DNA letters: not shown here | Text below: more notes on this DNA, generated by a model | The model's database searches: none | Told to the model about the DNA's origin: nothing | Seen by the model: only the letters and a program-made list of their open reading frames with translations | How positions within the stretch are numbered: the stretch's first letter is position 1 | Assembly (NCBI GenBank): GCA_023247795.1 | Contig: JAHFFT010000010.1 | Coordinates: 1-58,220, forward strand | Reading direction: 5' to 3' | Length of the DNA: 58,220 nt | Source of the DNA: Candidatus Omnitrophota bacterium | GTDB lineage: Bacteria; Omnitrophota; Gorgyraeia; Zapsychrales; JANLHA01

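Noticed and set aside
19500-58220. An alternative genetic code or stop-codon reassignment as the explanation for the apparent lack of ORFs
   Set aside because: This is unnecessary. The region is open in the standard code in one phase, and the gap in the track is an end-of-sequence artefact.
1-58220. rRNA, tRNA, CRISPR arrays, IS elements, transposases or integrases
   Set aside because: I saw no cloverleaf-like or rRNA-like segments, no regularly spaced short direct repeats, and no transposase or integrase-like translations. Virtually all bases are accounted for by the three CDSs and two short intergenic regions.

Overview
About 96% of this 58.2-kb window is two co-directional plus-strand giant genes, separated by a 2-kb wedge.

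Gene 1 (44..17443, 5,799 codons) is still open in frame at the left window edge. It encodes a signal-peptide-bearing mosaic protein with large internal duplications, two XRE-type HTH units, a protein-kinase-like unit and two CheR-like SAM-methyltransferase units.

The wedge holds a sigma70-like promoter embedded in a 27-bp palindrome, an AAA_14/DUF4143-type ATPase gene (17731..19008), a decayed DUF2442 gene fragment and an AT-rich leader.

Gene 2 is the key observation. It starts at ATG 19488, directly after an in-frame TAG, and opens with a signal peptide. From there the phase whose codons start at positions divisible by 3 stays open to the last base of the window (58220). That is 12,911 codons with no stop. 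It is absent from the supplied ORF track, probably because it never terminates inside the window. The minus-strand ORFs listed across 19.5-58.2 kb are antisense shadows of it.

Read by eye, the gene 2 product runs in this order:
- surface/adhesion modules (GWN beta modules, Ig-like and cadherin-like repeats)
- two alpha/alpha-toroid glycosidase-like regions
- a six-unit novel repeat
- a roughly 7-kb YD/RHS-like tract with LamG domains
- malectin-like modules
- a C39-like papain-fold domain abutting the first of two Gly/Ala-rich multi-helix membrane clusters
- further tandem repeats, a second kinase-like unit and a split HemK-like (NLPSY) methyltransferase

I recognised no rRNA, tRNA, CRISPR array or transposase. 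All domain calls are motif-level readings by eye, without database searches. Taxonomic origin cannot be read from the sequence. The architecture resembles metagenome-derived giant genes reported from Candidatus Omnitrophota and similar predatory or episymbiotic bacteria, but that link is inference only.
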